Counted from the first letter of the stretch, positions 26,710 through 40,197 are shown. The stretch: 64,000 nt of DNA from the human T2T-CHM13v2.0 reference genome, Homo sapiens (GCF_009914755.1 NC_060925.1); one strand, 5' to 3'. The notes: a model not told the origin generated them from the letters alone. Made by a program: numbers and translations.

Positions 26710-26870
26710 AGTTGTGTTAGGCATTTCACTTGGATTATTGTATTAATTCTTCACAACCCTAAAATATATGAATTATTATTGCAGGAAATACACGTGTAGA
26801 GGGATTAGCAGCTTCTCCAGGTCTTACCAGCTAGTAATTGTAATGGAGTTGAGATTCTCCCAACATTTGA
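26710..26870 (-). mobile_element. MIR fragment
   Basis: TTAATTCTTCACAACCCT...CAGGTCTTACCAGCTAGTAA. Confidence 0.6.
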
Positions 26871-27251
26871 ATGATTCCAATGTATAGGCTTTTGTTCCCT
26901 TGTCTTGCAAGGCTAGAGAAACCCATCCCTGGCCTGGGAAAGTTACTCTGCCTGGGTCAGTAATGTCAGTAACCTTGTCCTGTAATAACTTTATTTCTGG
27001 GTATGTCTTTGAGGAGCCTTTTGGATTTTTCCAGTTGCCTGTCAGGTCCAGCTTGCAGACTGGCTGGAAGAACAGCATTTGATGTCCCATATGGGACCAC
27101 TCCCAAGTGACACTTTGATATCTGACAAGAACACTCAGCAGGAACATGAGACTCCTGTATCTCATGCTGAGTTTTGACTAAGTTTTACTTAAGTCACTTG
27201 CTGTTAATAATAAATCTGAAAAATGATGAGCCTTCTATTTGACTGTAAAGA

Positions 27252-27362
27252 TAGAGCAACCAGCTGCCCTGGTTTGCCTAGGATAAGGTATTTCCTGGGA
27301 CATGGGACTTTCAGTGCTAGAACTGGGAAAATTCTGGGCAAACTAGGATGTTATTTGCTCTA
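27252..27362. mobile_element. MER81 hAT-Blackjack MITE
   Basis: CCTGGTTTGCCTAGGA...GGGACTTTCAGTGCTAGAACTGGGAAAATTCTGGGCAAACTAGG, with inverted ends. Confidence 0.8.
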
Positions 27363-27629
27363 CAGATCGCTCTGGGATGTCATTAACCAGATTAGTGCCA
27401 GTCTTTTCCATGGGAGGCTGGACTATCCTCTGGTTTCCAGATTTCCCCAGAGATGAAAGGAAGGGGGCTTAATGGTGAGAAGAGGAGTACCGAGGACAGA
27501 AGATTCAATTCAAGGACATATGGAATAAAGTAAAACTTTATCAGATATTTCCCAGCTGCTCCTAATTATACTCCAATAGAAGATGGAGCAGCTTAGCGGG
27601 GACAAAGAGTCAGACCAACAGGTAAGGGA

Positions 27630-27860
27630 ACTACCATTTATAGAGAATGTTCTCCAGGGCTAGGTATTTGGTTAGATTCTTAGTCTGGCTCATACCATTT
27701 AACTGTAACTCTCTGCAGTAAACAATATCATGCCCATTTTAAAGAGGAGGACGCAAAAGCCCTGCAAGATTGTCACTTGCTCAGTGTTACATGTTAGCAA
27801 ATAATGATGCCTGCATTCAAACCCAGATGGGCCTCACTCCAAAGCTGGGGCTTTTTCTCC
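27630..27860 (-). mobile_element. MIR
   Basis: ATGCCCATTTTAAAGAGGAGGA...TCACTTGCTCAGTGTTACA...ATTCAAACCCAG. Confidence 0.7.
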
Positions 27861-28849
27861 TTGACTGTGGTAAGGGAACAGGGACTAGTGCTCTATATTC
27901 AAGTGCTGATTTAGGGAATTGTGAGTCAAGGAGAAAAGATGAGAGAGAGGCAGACTCTGCAAATTGTCACGGGCCTTGCCAACAACCATGAGCGGGAAGT
28001 AGCAGCCATGGCCACTGTTGCAGCAGCACCATCAGGCCTGAGAGATCCAGGGAAGTGGGAAGGAGAGCACAGAGTGCCCTCGACCAGCACCTAACTCCCT
28101 TCCCCCCTCCCCAGTGTACTTCCCACTGTAGCATTTGGGTGGAGTGGTCAGGGACCCTGGGCTTGGGGATAAAGTTTTCACTTCCCTTTGGCTGTGCTTT
28201 TCCTAGGTACTCAGGCAGGCAGTGCCAGCCATTTGATGCCCGGGTCTTTGCTCCTTGCTGTTGGGTGCCTTGCTGACTTGTCTGAGGTTGTGAGCTAAAA
28301 CCTAGTGGGTCTTAGCTCTCCCTTAGGTCTGTCATGTTTCCGCTTGCTCATTTTCAGAAAAACAGCCTTCCTATTGCCTGTCTGTTGCATTGTAAATGTT
28401 GTTTCAATATTAAGCATTATTAGGGCATCCTTGCCTAACAAACACATCCTAAGGATCCAGTGATCAAGGCTGCTTTTAAAGGCCTCTCCTAATATTTACT
28501 TACCCAGCTTCCTTCTATACTCTTAGCTGTGTTTTTCTGAAACAGCTGCATCCAGAACAGAAGGCTCTTTTGTGTAAACTCATAAGTCACCTGTACTCAT
28601 TTTGTGTATCCAGGGCTGTTATGCTCGGCAGCAAGCTATTTTTTTTTTCAATAGGAGTTGGTATTTGATATAATAGATTATTACATGTTCAGCATATAAA
28701 TTACTAGGTCTTAGGAACAAGAAATGAGTAATTTTACCCTGAGGTAATATAACAGCTACTGTGGAGTCACTAAAATCAAGTAAATAGATCATTTGTGGTC
28801 AGGGCAGAAGCATGGAATTACTACCTGAATAGCATTCAGCCATCATTCC

Positions 28850-28970
28850 CTCACTTAATCATTCAACAAACAGGTATTGAGAAACTCGAGGTGAGTTTGA
28901 GACATTTTCTAAGTGTTGGGCAGGGCTACAAAGAAATCTAAGGCCTGCTGCCTCAAGGAGATCAAAGACT
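28850..28970 (-). mobile_element. L2 3' end fragment
   Basis: TCATTCAACAAACAGGTATTGAG...TTCTAAGTGTTGGG...CTGCCTCAAGGAG. Confidence 0.65.
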
Positions 28971-29204
28971 TCACCCAAATCCTTTCCATAGGAAGTTAAT
29001 TGAAGTCATTGTGCTCTTTGATCGATAAATGTAAGAGCAAGGGAAGTGGCTCTCTTAGAAAGCAATTGGACTTGGAGCTAGGAATGCAAGGGGTAACCTG
29101 TACAGTTTTGCTTAGGAGGGCATGGAGTAAGGAAGAGAAGGTAACACTGTTCAAACGCTGGAGACTTTACCCAAGAAGGCTAGTTATGACGCAGACCTGG
29201 GAAG

Positions 29205-29395
29205 CCTGGGTGTGTAGGAAACTCAGCTCTGTCACTTATTATTTGAATGATTTGGGGCAAGTTACTAAACCTCATTGAGTTCTAGTTTTCTCATTTACCA
29301 AAAGGGATACTCATAGTATTTATCTCAGGGTTATTGTAAAGATTAAGTGAGATTGTGTATGTGAAATGCCTGGCACACAGTAATCGCTCAAAAAA
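29205..29395 (+). mobile_element. MIR
   Basis: CAGCTCTGTCACTTA...GGGCAAGTTACTAAACCTC...GGGTTATTGTAAAGATTAAGTGAGA...CCTGGCACACAGTAA. Confidence 0.85.
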
Positions 29396-30294
29396 GGAAA
29401 GAGTTGGGTGTCACTGACCAAAGGGAGCATTCCACCCTGATAAGAAGACCAAAGCTCTGAGGGTCTAATTCTGCCCTTGTTACGGACCCACGTCCCAACT
29501 GAAAAAGAGACCCATTTCCTCATGGTTCCTGAAGAAGCATCCCCTTTTGCAGGAGAGTTGTAGCAATCATGGCATTCTGTGTCCAGGATAGAAGAACATG
29601 TGCTACCAGTTTTTTTAATGCCCCCTACGAAACACTTCATTCTTTGCCAGTGAAGAACTTTTCATTTCCTCTATAATTGAAACAGGACCTCTGGGTCATT
29701 GGGTGAGTCTCATCTGGCTTGTGAGTCACCCAGGGCAGTTGTCCACTTTTTATCAAATGAGTCAGGAATGTATTGACCCAGGTCAAATGGTGTGGAGGGT
29801 GAGAAATTATCTAATGAATCTGAGCAACCCAGCCCTACCCTTGTACCACTTGAGGGGCACAACACCCTTCCACATTGATCCCATCTACTCTTCCTTGTCA
29901 CCGTGAAACCAGCCTAACCAGAAGGGGCAGACCAAATTGGACTTCTTTTATTCCAGCACTAATGAGGAAAAGATGCTATGAAATATCTCTTTATGTCAGA
30001 AACCAAAGTTAAAATAATGTCATACTCTGATAATTAATACTATCAGGCTTGACAGCAGAATACGTTAAATAAATTAGTCTTTAAATGCGTATGTGTCTTC
30101 CAATTATAGGTTTTTGGTTTAATAATTGCTTTACCGAATAGACGAATGGCCTCAATATTCTACTTGCTTTTGCCTGTACAGATGTGGCCTTTGTAGACAA
30201 ATATTAAATAGAAATACCTTTTTCTTCCCTGTCTCTATCTGTAAAATGGAGGGTTTTTTGGGAAAGATATTTTAAAGGAACTTGCGAGACTTAT

Positions 30295-30410
30295 TTGACT
30301 CAACTGATTTTTATTGAGCATCTTCTCAGCATGGAGATCAGAGCCAGCCACTGAAGGGGACACAGAAACAGCTTTGCCAGTCCCTGCCCTTAGGGAACTT
30401 ACATCTGGGA
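30295..30410 (-). mobile_element. L2 3' end fragment
   Basis: TTTATTGAGCATCTTCT...AGTCCCTGCCCTTAGGGAACTTACATCT. Confidence 0.65.
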
Positions 30411-30769
30411 AGGGAAGGGGCTATGATAGGTCTGGAGGCAATAAGAGGCGGAGAGGGCCTTGAGTTGTCAGCATTTTCAAAACACCTTGTAGATGGCTGG
30501 GTCTTGGGAAGCAGAGAGGAGATAGGGCAGAGTTTTCTGGGTCAAGCACATGGCATGGATGGGGAAGGATAGAAGGAAAGAAGGGGCCTCAGAGATGGCC
30601 ATTCCCCAGGCTCTATGAGGGACCTCAGTGCATATAGTTCCCTGGATGTTTACAATCTGTGTCCCTTTTGCTCACTTCTCACCAGCTCAGTCTGGCTAAT
30701 AAGTGACGAAGTCAAATTTGTAAGGTTTGTCTGCCGGACTCCAAAGCTGATGCATCTGGGCGTCACACC

Positions 30770-31035
30770 ACAGTTCCTAGACATAGGGCAGAGCAGAATC
30801 ACTGGAGGCACTTTTGAGATGGAGAATCCAAAATGTCACTTTAGGTCCTAACTAGAACCTCAGGGTTGAAGCCAGGGGCAGTGCTCCCCAAACCTTATGT
30901 GCACCCAAGCTGTGAGGATCTTGCTAAAATGCCACTTTGGATTCAGTAGGTCCGGAGGAGGGCCTGAGATTCTGTATTTCTTACAAGCTCCAGAGAATGC
31001 TGATGCTGCTGGGCCTTGAACCACTCTTAGATTCA
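30770..31035. mobile_element. MER5-family hAT MITE(s)
   Basis: GATCTTGCTAAAATG...GATTCAGTAGGTCCGG...GGCCTGAGATTCTGTATTTCTTACAAGCTC...TGCTGATGCTGCTGG. Confidence 0.8.
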
Positions 31036-34000
31036 CACGGCCTTGGGATTTCTGAATTTCCCCAGAGGTTGAGCATCGCTGCACCGATTTCTGTGACGTT
31101 CTGTTTAGGCTTCCCTAGATATGGATAACACTGTCTCGAGGGGATGCAGAGAGGCAAGACAAAATCAGGATGGAGCTAGGCTGTGGAGTCCAAGCCAGAA
31201 GTGAGTTTCAAGGTGGAGGGATGGGCAGACATAGCTGCCTGCTTCAGAGAGGTCTCGGAGGCCAAGCCCCGTGGAGGGGAAGGCTGGAGCTGTGATTCCA
31301 TTGCTGACAGATCCCACACACGAGACTCTCAGAAGGACTCACTGATTAAATAAATGTGTTCCCAATGCAGGAGGAAAATCCCAGGTTTAGAACTAATTTC
31401 CTTCTGAGGGGCTATTCCTCCCTTCCACAGGATAGACACACATAGACATTCTCAGAGGAAATAACCTGGTGCTTTGAAACAAACCCACATGCGGGAAGCA
31501 CATTCATCTTTGATAAAAAGATGGTCCTTCTGATTTTCTCTGGTTCCCAGACTGGGGAAATATTATTATGTTCCAGTTATGTTGAAATGAAACACATTTT
31601 AAAGTTTTTTTTAATAATGGAAAGGGCAGGTTATCTAAAGTGAATATAATTTCTTTAAACAATTTTACAAATAAACAAATTTAGTTTTTTTAAAATCAGG
31701 AAATAGCTTCATTGTTTGAGTTTAGATATAATTAAACCATTGATTTGGCCTCATTAGAAAGTAAATCTTTATCAAAGAATTGGGGCCGTTGTGACAGGAG
31801 ATGGATGTTAGGGAGATGAAGGCTTTATCCAAGCATATACTGTTAATTTCTTCATAAAGAGATAAAAATTGGGATTAGTGAGTGGCCGCACTAGGAAGTG
31901 TAGCAAATGTCTTCTCATTTTCCTAAGAGCCCCCATCTTGGTAATATTGTGTTGCTTAGGAACTAACAAAAACATGTCTCTCTGTGTGTGTTTCTCTCTT
32001 TCTCTCTTTCTTTTTTTTAATGGTCCCTTTGTGCCCTGATATTTTTCCAAGTTGGCAGCTGTGAGGAAAAACAATGTGATTTGGTTAGATGCAGCCTCCT
32101 GCTCTCAAGTCTGGAGCAGAATAGATAAGAACTTCTATGTCAGAATACAAAGTTTACTCAGCACCAGTCAAAAGCTTTTGATGTTGCCTGCCCAATCTGG
32201 CCTCCCATCTTTGAAGTTCTATTACACATGCTAGGGTTCCGTCAATAAGAAACAGACCTTTCTTTCCCCTGCTAGTTAAAACATCTGCCTCCTGGAAACG
32301 CCCCACATTAAAGCAGGCCACTATAGTTCCAGGGCTTATAGACACCTGGGTTTTGCCACATTAGTAATGAGAAGAGAATGGTCTAAGGAATGGAAGCCAT
32401 TGAAGAAAACCCTTAAGGATGAGGGGTGATGATATTTTCCCATTCCAAGATTGTATGGAAAAAGACTCAGCTTGGTTGGGACTCTCATAAGAAGAATGAC
32501 CAGGGCTGCCTTTTCCTGAGGCTGTTTATACAGTGCTGTGTATTCATGTTATAAGTCACATGTGATCTGCACTCTTTATCTGGGGCATTAGCCATTTCAC
32601 AGTGAAAAGAAGCAGGGAAAAACAGCCTCATCGGTTTGTAGTGTCACTCTTTGCAATGTCATTTAAACTGCTCAGCAAATGGCTTATTTGTCAAAGAATA
32701 TTGCTTTTTCCTGGAACAAAACCCAGTTACTGGTTGTTGAAACCTATGGATATCAGAAATGATATCAAGAAGTGCTTCTGTTGCTAGACGGTGGTGCCCT
32801 TTGAAGGGACAGAGAGGTGGGGGTAGGAGAGCCTTTGTTCCTGGAAATGAAAGCGTCTAAACAATAGATTGTATGAAGAACCTCAAATGCCAGGCTCTAT
32901 GCCACAAACTCTAGCTTGCAATAAAAGCCTTCATCTCAGAGAGTCCAGTTATGGAAATGCCAGAAGTGAGTGAAGGTCCAAGGAGTGGTGATGATGGGCA
33001 GGTGGCCAGACAGGCAGATAGACAGCAGACCAATGGCTGATAGTCCCAGGTGGCCAGTGCAAGCCCTGACCCTGTGGCCCTAGATTTGCTGCATCAGCTG
33101 TCAGAAGGGTAAGGAGTGCAAATCAGAAGTAAAAACAACCTAAATGCTGAGTTCAATATGCAAGTGGCAGAAACAGGGCAAGTTAGTATGTCATGAAACT
33201 ACAAAATCACTGGACAGATAAGTTGTTCTGGGGCAGTGCTGGCATCCCCTTTCTACGCCTCTTTCTTTCCTTGATAGTGTCTTTCATCTTCTCCAATTCC
33301 TAAGGTTGGTGCCCTCTTGCCGTTTATTTCTCCTTCTTTCTCTCCCTCCTTCCAAACTCTGATATCAGTTGGAATCTGATCAGCTTACCAATTCTAAGAA
33401 TAAATAATTAGAAATGTTCAATTGGTTATTCCTCCTAAAGGCATTTTCATTTTAAAAGAAGCAAAGATACATCAAAGAAATGAATCTCTAATGGTAGAAT
33501 TTTAGTCATTGATGGGCTAGAACTTCATTGTCCTGGAATTATACCCTGGAGGGTCTCTATTAGCCTTGCTGAGGAAAGATAAATATCTCTTTCCTTTAGT
33601 AAGCTTGCAATCTAATAAGGAAGAAAAAACAACAGATCCAAGAATTCTTACGTGAAACATTTATGAGATAAACCAGGACATGGTCATATAATGACACAAT
33701 TAGTTGAAAGGTAAATGGTGAGGAGGGACAAGGCAGGCTTGGTCACATCTCCCTGCTCATGATGTGAGCAGTTCTGACCCAGATTGTAGGGATGTGGTAA
33801 CATGGTGGGAAGTCGAAGGCCCCAGAAATGGCCCAGCTTGATTTGGTGTTAGAGTCAAACTATGGGAGGGTACTGGGTAAACTAAGGGAAACGAGGACCC
33901 TGATCCCCATGCTTGGGGTGTGGGCTGGCAAGACCGAGTCACTGTGGGCTCCTGCCTGGAGAAGAACACAATGGTGTCCATGACGGGTGAGAGCCATTGT

Positions 34001-34094
34001 GCACAGGCTGGATTGGAGGAGGTGGAATGAAGGGTAGAGGTGAAGAGACTGGCTAGGGAAGGGACTGGAGGGCAGTGAGGTGTGGTGGTTGGGA

Positions 34095-34340
34095 GCATTA
34101 CTGTATAGCTTGACTGCCAGCTTAAACCTCAGCTCTGCCATCCTATAGCCATGTGAACTTGGGAAGGTTATTTAGCCTCTCAATCACAGAGCCTTCCTCT
34201 GTAAGATGTGGATGATACTAGTATCTGTCTCTTAAAGATCTTATTATGATGTCATGAGTGTATATATATATATATTTAATCATATGAAGCACATTGATGT
34301 GTGCCTGGCACATGGCACTTGCTATGTCCATGTTAGCATT
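34095..34340 (+). mobile_element. MIR
   Basis: CAGCTCTGCCA...TGTGAACTTGGGAAGGTTATTTAGCCTCTC...GTGCCTGGCACAT. Confidence 0.8.
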
Positions 34341-34453
34341 CACAGCTGTTATCCAAGCATGGGGAGAGGTAGCACCTGTCCTTGGCATCCACCAGGATGA
34401 TGCTGGTAAAATAGGCAATGAGACCTGTAAGAGGATCTTTCCATAGTCCCAGG

Positions 34454-34790
34454 TGATATGGTTTGGCTGTGTCCCCACCCAAATCTCATCTTGAATTGTA
34501 GTTCCCTGAATCATGGGGGCGGTTACCCCCGTGCTGCTGTTCTCATGATAGTGAGTGAGTTCTCTTGAGATCTGATGGTTTTATAAAGGGCTTTTCCCCA
34601 TTTTGCTTAGCACTTCTCCTTGCTGCTGCCATGTGAAGAAGGATGTGTTTGCTTCCCCTTCTGCCATGATTGTAAGTTTCCTGAGGCCTCCCTAGCCATG
34701 CTGAACTGTGAGTCAATTAAACCTCTTTCCTTTATAAATTACCCAGTCTCAGGTATGTATTTATTAGCAGTATGAGAACAGAGTCATACA
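34454..34790 (+). mobile_element. THE1C-like solo LTR with an internal deletion of about 40 bp
   Basis: TGATATGGTTTGGCTGTGTCCCCACCCAAATC...ATACA. TSD CCAGG/CCGGG. Confidence 0.93.
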
Positions 34791-35171
34791 CCGGGAAATG
34801 ACATGCGGACTGGCTGAGGAGGGCAGGTCCCCCAGAAGCATGATGCAGGCTGAGCCCTTGTCAACAAATGCCTTTATTTCACTCCATTCTACAGATAACT
34901 CATGGAGGAATTTAGCACCCAGCTCAATATGAGGATGCTGATCTTCAGTTATGTCCTCAAATTCCCACTTAGGAAGAAAGAAGGGGGCACAACCTGCAGC
35001 TAGACACAAAAAGTGCAGGTTGCAGGATCTGTTTCCCAAGAGTAAAATGGGGGTTGTTTGACCCTCCCTTTCCAAGACTGAAATGGATTTCCAGAAGCTC
35101 TGGAATGGTTTAGGTGGGACCTTGCTGAAGGGTTGGGTGGAGGGGGTACAAGTTGGATAGTGGCACGCATA

Positions 35172-35395
35172 CAGCTGGCTCTGCATACCCACGAGTTGTG
35201 CATCTGCAGATTCTGCCTCCAATGATTTAACCAACCATGGATGGAAAACAGTTTAAAAAGAACCTCCACAACAATAAAAATAATAATACAACAATAAAAA
35301 TAATATAAATTTAAAAACAATATAGTATAACAATTACTTACCTAGTGCTTACATTGTATGAGGTAATATATTTAATGTAGAGATGATTTAAAATG
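35172..35395 (-). mobile_element. MER2 (Tigger-type MITE), one end only
   Basis: TA followed by CAGCTGGCTCTGCATACC...AACCAACCATGGAT...TACATTGTATGAGGTA...TAGAGATGATTTAAA, interrupted by Tigger1. Confidence 0.8.
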
Positions 35396-36100
35396 CAGGT
35401 ATACCTTGCATTATTGAGCTTTTCAGATACTGTGGGTTTTTTTTTTTTTTTTAACAAATTGAAGGTTTTTCGCAACCCTGACTTGAGCAAGTCTATTGGC
35501 ACCATTTTTCCAATGGCATGTATTCACTTCCTGTCTCTGTCACATTTTGGTAATTATTATTATTATTATATCTTTTATGGTGGTCTGTGATCATCAGTTT
35601 TGATATTACTATTGTAATTGTTTGGGGACACCACAAACCAAACCCATATTAAATTTAATCAATAAATGTTGTTTGTGTTCTGACTGCTCCTCTTCAGTCT
35701 CTTTCCCTCTCCTCAGGCCACCCTATTCCTGGAGACAAAACAAAATTAAGATTAGGCCAATTAACAACCCCACAGTGGCATCTTTGTGTTCAAGTGAAAG
35801 GCAGAGTTGCACATCTCTCACTTTAAATCAAAAGCTAGAAATGATTAAGCTTAGTGAGAAAGGCCTATCAAAAGCCAAAACCAACCAAAAGCTAGGCCTC
35901 TTGAGCCAAACAGTTAGTCAAGTTACAAATGCAAAGAAGTTATTGAAGGAAATTGAAAGTGCTACTCCAGTGAACATGTCAATGATAAGAAAGTGAAACA
36001 GCCTTATTGTTAATATGGACAAAGTTTGAGTGGTCTGGGTAAAAGATCAAACCAGCCACAACATTCCCTTAAGCCAAAGCCTAATCCAGAGAAAGGCCAT
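35396..36100 (+). mobile_element. Tigger1, 5' portion
   Basis: TIR CAGGTATACCTTG, then ACAAATTGAAGGTTT...CAACCCTG, then the transposase start. Confidence 0.93.
35775..35996 (+). pseudogene. Dead Tigger1 transposase N-terminus (CENP-B/psq-type HTH)
   Basis: (V)[49 protein letters not shown]... The start ATG has become GTG and there is a premature TGA. Confidence 0.85.
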
Positions 36101-36465
36101 TGATATGGTTTGGCTGTATCCCCACCCAAATCTCATCTTGAATTGTAGATCTCATAATCCCTGCATGTCGTGGGAGGGACACTGTTGGGAGGTAATTTAA
36201 TCATGGGAGTGGGTTTTCCTGTGCTGCTCTAGTGATAGTGAATAAGTCTTACAAGATCTGATGGTTTTATAAAGGGTAGTTCCCCTGCACATGCTCTCTT
36301 GCCCACTGCCATGTAAAATGTGCCTTTGCTTCTCCTTCACTTTCCACCATGATTGTGAGACCTCCCCAAGCCATGTGGAACTGAGAGTCCATTAGACCTC
36401 TTTTTCTTTATGAATTACCCAGTCTCAAGTATTTCTTCATAGCAGTATGAAAGAGGACTAATACA
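36101..36465 (+). mobile_element. THE1B-like 5' LTR
   Basis: TGATATGGTTTGGCTG...GGACTAATACA, followed directly by the internal sequence GTAAATTGGTAC. Confidence 0.95.
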
Positions 36466-37684
36466 GTAAATTGGTACTGCAGAAAGTGGGATACTGCTAA
36501 ACAATACCTGAAAATGTGGAAGCAACTTTGGAACTGGGTAACAGGCAGAGGTTGGAACAGTTTGGAGGGCTCAGAAGAAGATACGAAGATGTGGGAAAGT
36601 TTGGAGCTTCCTAGAGACTTATCGAAATGTTTTGACCAAAAAGTCCAGGCTGAGGTGGTCTCAGATGGAGATGAGGAACTTATTGGGAACTGGGGCAAAG
36701 GTGACTGGTGACATTTTGCCCCTGTTCTAGAGATCTGTGGAACTTTGAACTTGAGAGAGATGATTTAGGGTATCTGGTAGAAGAAATTTCTAAGTAGCAA
36801 AGCATTCAAAAGGTGACTTGGCTGTTCTTAAAAACTTTCAGTTTTATTCATTCACAAAGATATGGTTTGGAATTGGAATTTATGTTTAAAAGGGAAGCAG
36901 AGCATGAAAGTTTGGAAAATTTGCAGCCTGATGATGTAAAAATCCATTTTCTGAGGAGAAATTCAAGTTGGCTGCATACATTTGCATAAGTAACGAGGAG
37001 CCGAATGTTATTCACCAAGACAGTGGGGAAAATGTCTCCAGGGCATGTCAGAGGCCTTCACAGCAGCCCCAAGCTGGGGGGCCTAGTGGGAAAAAAATGG
37101 CTCCCCGGGCTGGGCCCAGGGCTTTGCTGCACTGTGCAGTCTAAGGACATGGTGCCCTGTGTCCCAGCCATGGCTAAAAGGGGCCAACATACAGCTCAGG
37201 CTGTTGCTTCAGAGGGTGCAAGCCAAAAGCCTTGGCAGCTTACACATGGTGTTGGGCCTGTGGCTACACAGAAGTCAAGAATTGAGGTTTGGGAACCTCC
37301 ACCTAGATTTCAGAGGATGTATGGAAACACCTGAATGTCCAGGCAGAGGTGTGCTGCAGGGGCAGAGTCCTCATAGAGAACCTCTGCTAGGGCAGTTTGG
37401 AAGGGAACTGTGAAGTTGAAGCCCGTACACAGAGTTCCCACTGGGGCACTGCCTAGTAGAGCTGTGAGAAGAGGGCCACCGTCCTCCAAACCCCAGAATG
37501 GTGGGTCCACTGACAGCTTGAACTGTGCACCTGGAAAAGTCACAGACACTCAACACCAGCCCATGACAGCAGCCAGTAGCGGGACTGTACCCTGAAAAGC
37601 CATAGGGGCAGAGCTGCCCAAGACCATGAGGTTCATCAGTGTAACCTGGATGTGAGACATGGAGTCAAAGGAGATCATTTTGGA
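36466..37684 (+). mobile_element. THE1 internal region, 3'-truncated, with no 3' LTR
   Basis: GAAGCAACTTTGGAACTGGGTAACAGGCAGAGGTTGGAAC... ends abruptly at GGAGTCAAAGGAGATCATTTTGGA. Confidence 0.93.
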
Positions 37685-37770
37685 CCCACCTGTCTGGGTG
37701 ATTTGAGATAAGTAGTTTAAATCCTCTGTGTTATAACTCACTATCTGTAAAATGTGTGAGCACTTAGATA
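37685..37770 (+). mobile_element. MIR fragment abutting the THE1 breakpoint
   Basis: GTGATTTGAGATAAGT...CCTCTGTG...TATCTGTAAAATG. Confidence 0.55.
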
Positions 37771-38194
37771 CTGCCAGCTAACCTCTGTTCTCCAGTGGCT
37801 TCACCATCCTCCTGCCAAGCAAAAATGAAACCCAAGCAAAGATGGCCTCTGACTACTATTTGTCAAAACACCTAAAATCCTTACTGACGGCACATGGCCT
37901 CACTGCTATCCTCTGTCACCAGGATCACATTATCAGAGGTGAATATGTCCTTAAAAGACCAGGGACATTTAGAAATTGATATAAACATTTTAAGTATGAC
38001 ATTTACCTCTTTGTTTAAAAAGTTAACTTTATATAATCAACGGGGCTTCTCGATTTTTAAAGTAGAAAGGTTAGTTTTGGGGTGAAAGGCACAGCAGAAG
38101 ATTGAAAACTACTCTGGATTGGGAAGAAGAGAAGGGAGCAGAGAAGTAATTTGGCCAAGGCCCCATAGCTAATAAATGATGGTGCTTTTTTGAA

Positions 38195-38835
38195 CTTAAA
38201 ATCAGTTTTACTGAGTTATAATTTATTTACAATAAAATACACTCATTTTAAATGCACTGTTTGATGGGTTTTGACAAATGTATGCACTTTTGTAACACCA
38301 CCAAGATTAAGCTGTAGAACATTGTCATCAGCCCCAGAAGCTTCTGTAAGCCCCCTAGCAGTCAGTTCCCCTCACCCATGGCCTAGATTCCAGGGACCTG
38401 CTTTCTGCCACTGTAGATTAGTTTTGCTTTTTCTAGAATTCATTTAAAAGGAATTACACAGTATGTAGTCTTTTGTGTCTGGATTGTTTTCACTTAGCAT
38501 ATTGCTTTTGAGATTGGTCCTTGCCGTTGCGTGCATCACTAGTTGTTTGTTTTTATTGCTGAGTAGTATTCCGATGCGTGGACACTCACATTTGTTCATT
38601 CATTCACCTGCTGATGGACTTTGGGTCATTTCCAGTCTGGGGCTATTATGAATAAAGCTGCAATAAACATTCGTGCACAAATCTTTGCATGAACATGTTT
38701 TTATTTCTCTTGGGTAAATACCTAAATGTAGAAGTGCTGGGCTGCATAGTAAGTGTTTGTTTAGTTTTATAAGAAACTGTCAAACTACTTCTCAAAGTGG
38801 TTGAACCATTTCCTATTGCAAACAGTGTAGGAGGG
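38195..38835 (-). mobile_element. L1MB/L1ME1-type 3' fragment
   Basis: CAGTTTTACTGAGTTATAATTT...TTTTGACAAATG...GGGCTATTATGAATAAAGCTGC...AAGAAACTGTCAAAC. Confidence 0.88.
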
Positions 38836-38987
38836 TTGAAGTTGCAGAGCTTGGTTCTGAGCTCTACAGATTGGGAGTCTGCTTGACTGGGAAGCCCTGC
38901 TCTTTTCTACCATGGACACCATATAGATTTGCAAATCTGAGTGTATGTAAGAATAATTCAGACAGCTTGTTAAAAATACAGATTCCA

Positions 38988-39759
<772 letters not shown>

Positions 39760-40197
39760 CATCATTAACAAGCACCACAGAGGCTGTGGATGCTGGCAGT
39801 CCCTAGAACACTCTTTGAGAAACTGCTATGTGGTTCACCAGATTTTCCAGAGAAAATCCCCTCAAATAGGGACATCTGGTATTCTAACAGAGAAATGGCT
39901 GCAGTTAACAAATGCCAACATCTGGCTTGTCCAGCTGTTTCTATATCACCATTATCTATGGATGCTCTGGTGCAGAGAAAAATGACACCGAATGGTAGAT
40001 AATTTTCAAATCTTCCTGAAGTGACTTTGAAATGCATGTTTATCCTCATTTCTTCCCTAATATTATGCTCTAGGAATTTATGTTAGGAAAAGAGAGAGGC
40101 TACGTTTTGAGAAGAAAACTCAGGAATTGCAGGGAAACTGTTTAATTTCCTTCACTGCTTAATTTTTTCAGGACACCAACTGCATGCTTTGAGAAGA

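Noticed and set aside
35622-35996. Possible TIGD1-like domesticated transposase gene
   Set aside because: The start codon is mutated, there is a premature stop, THE1 interrupts it, and the catalytic domain is absent.
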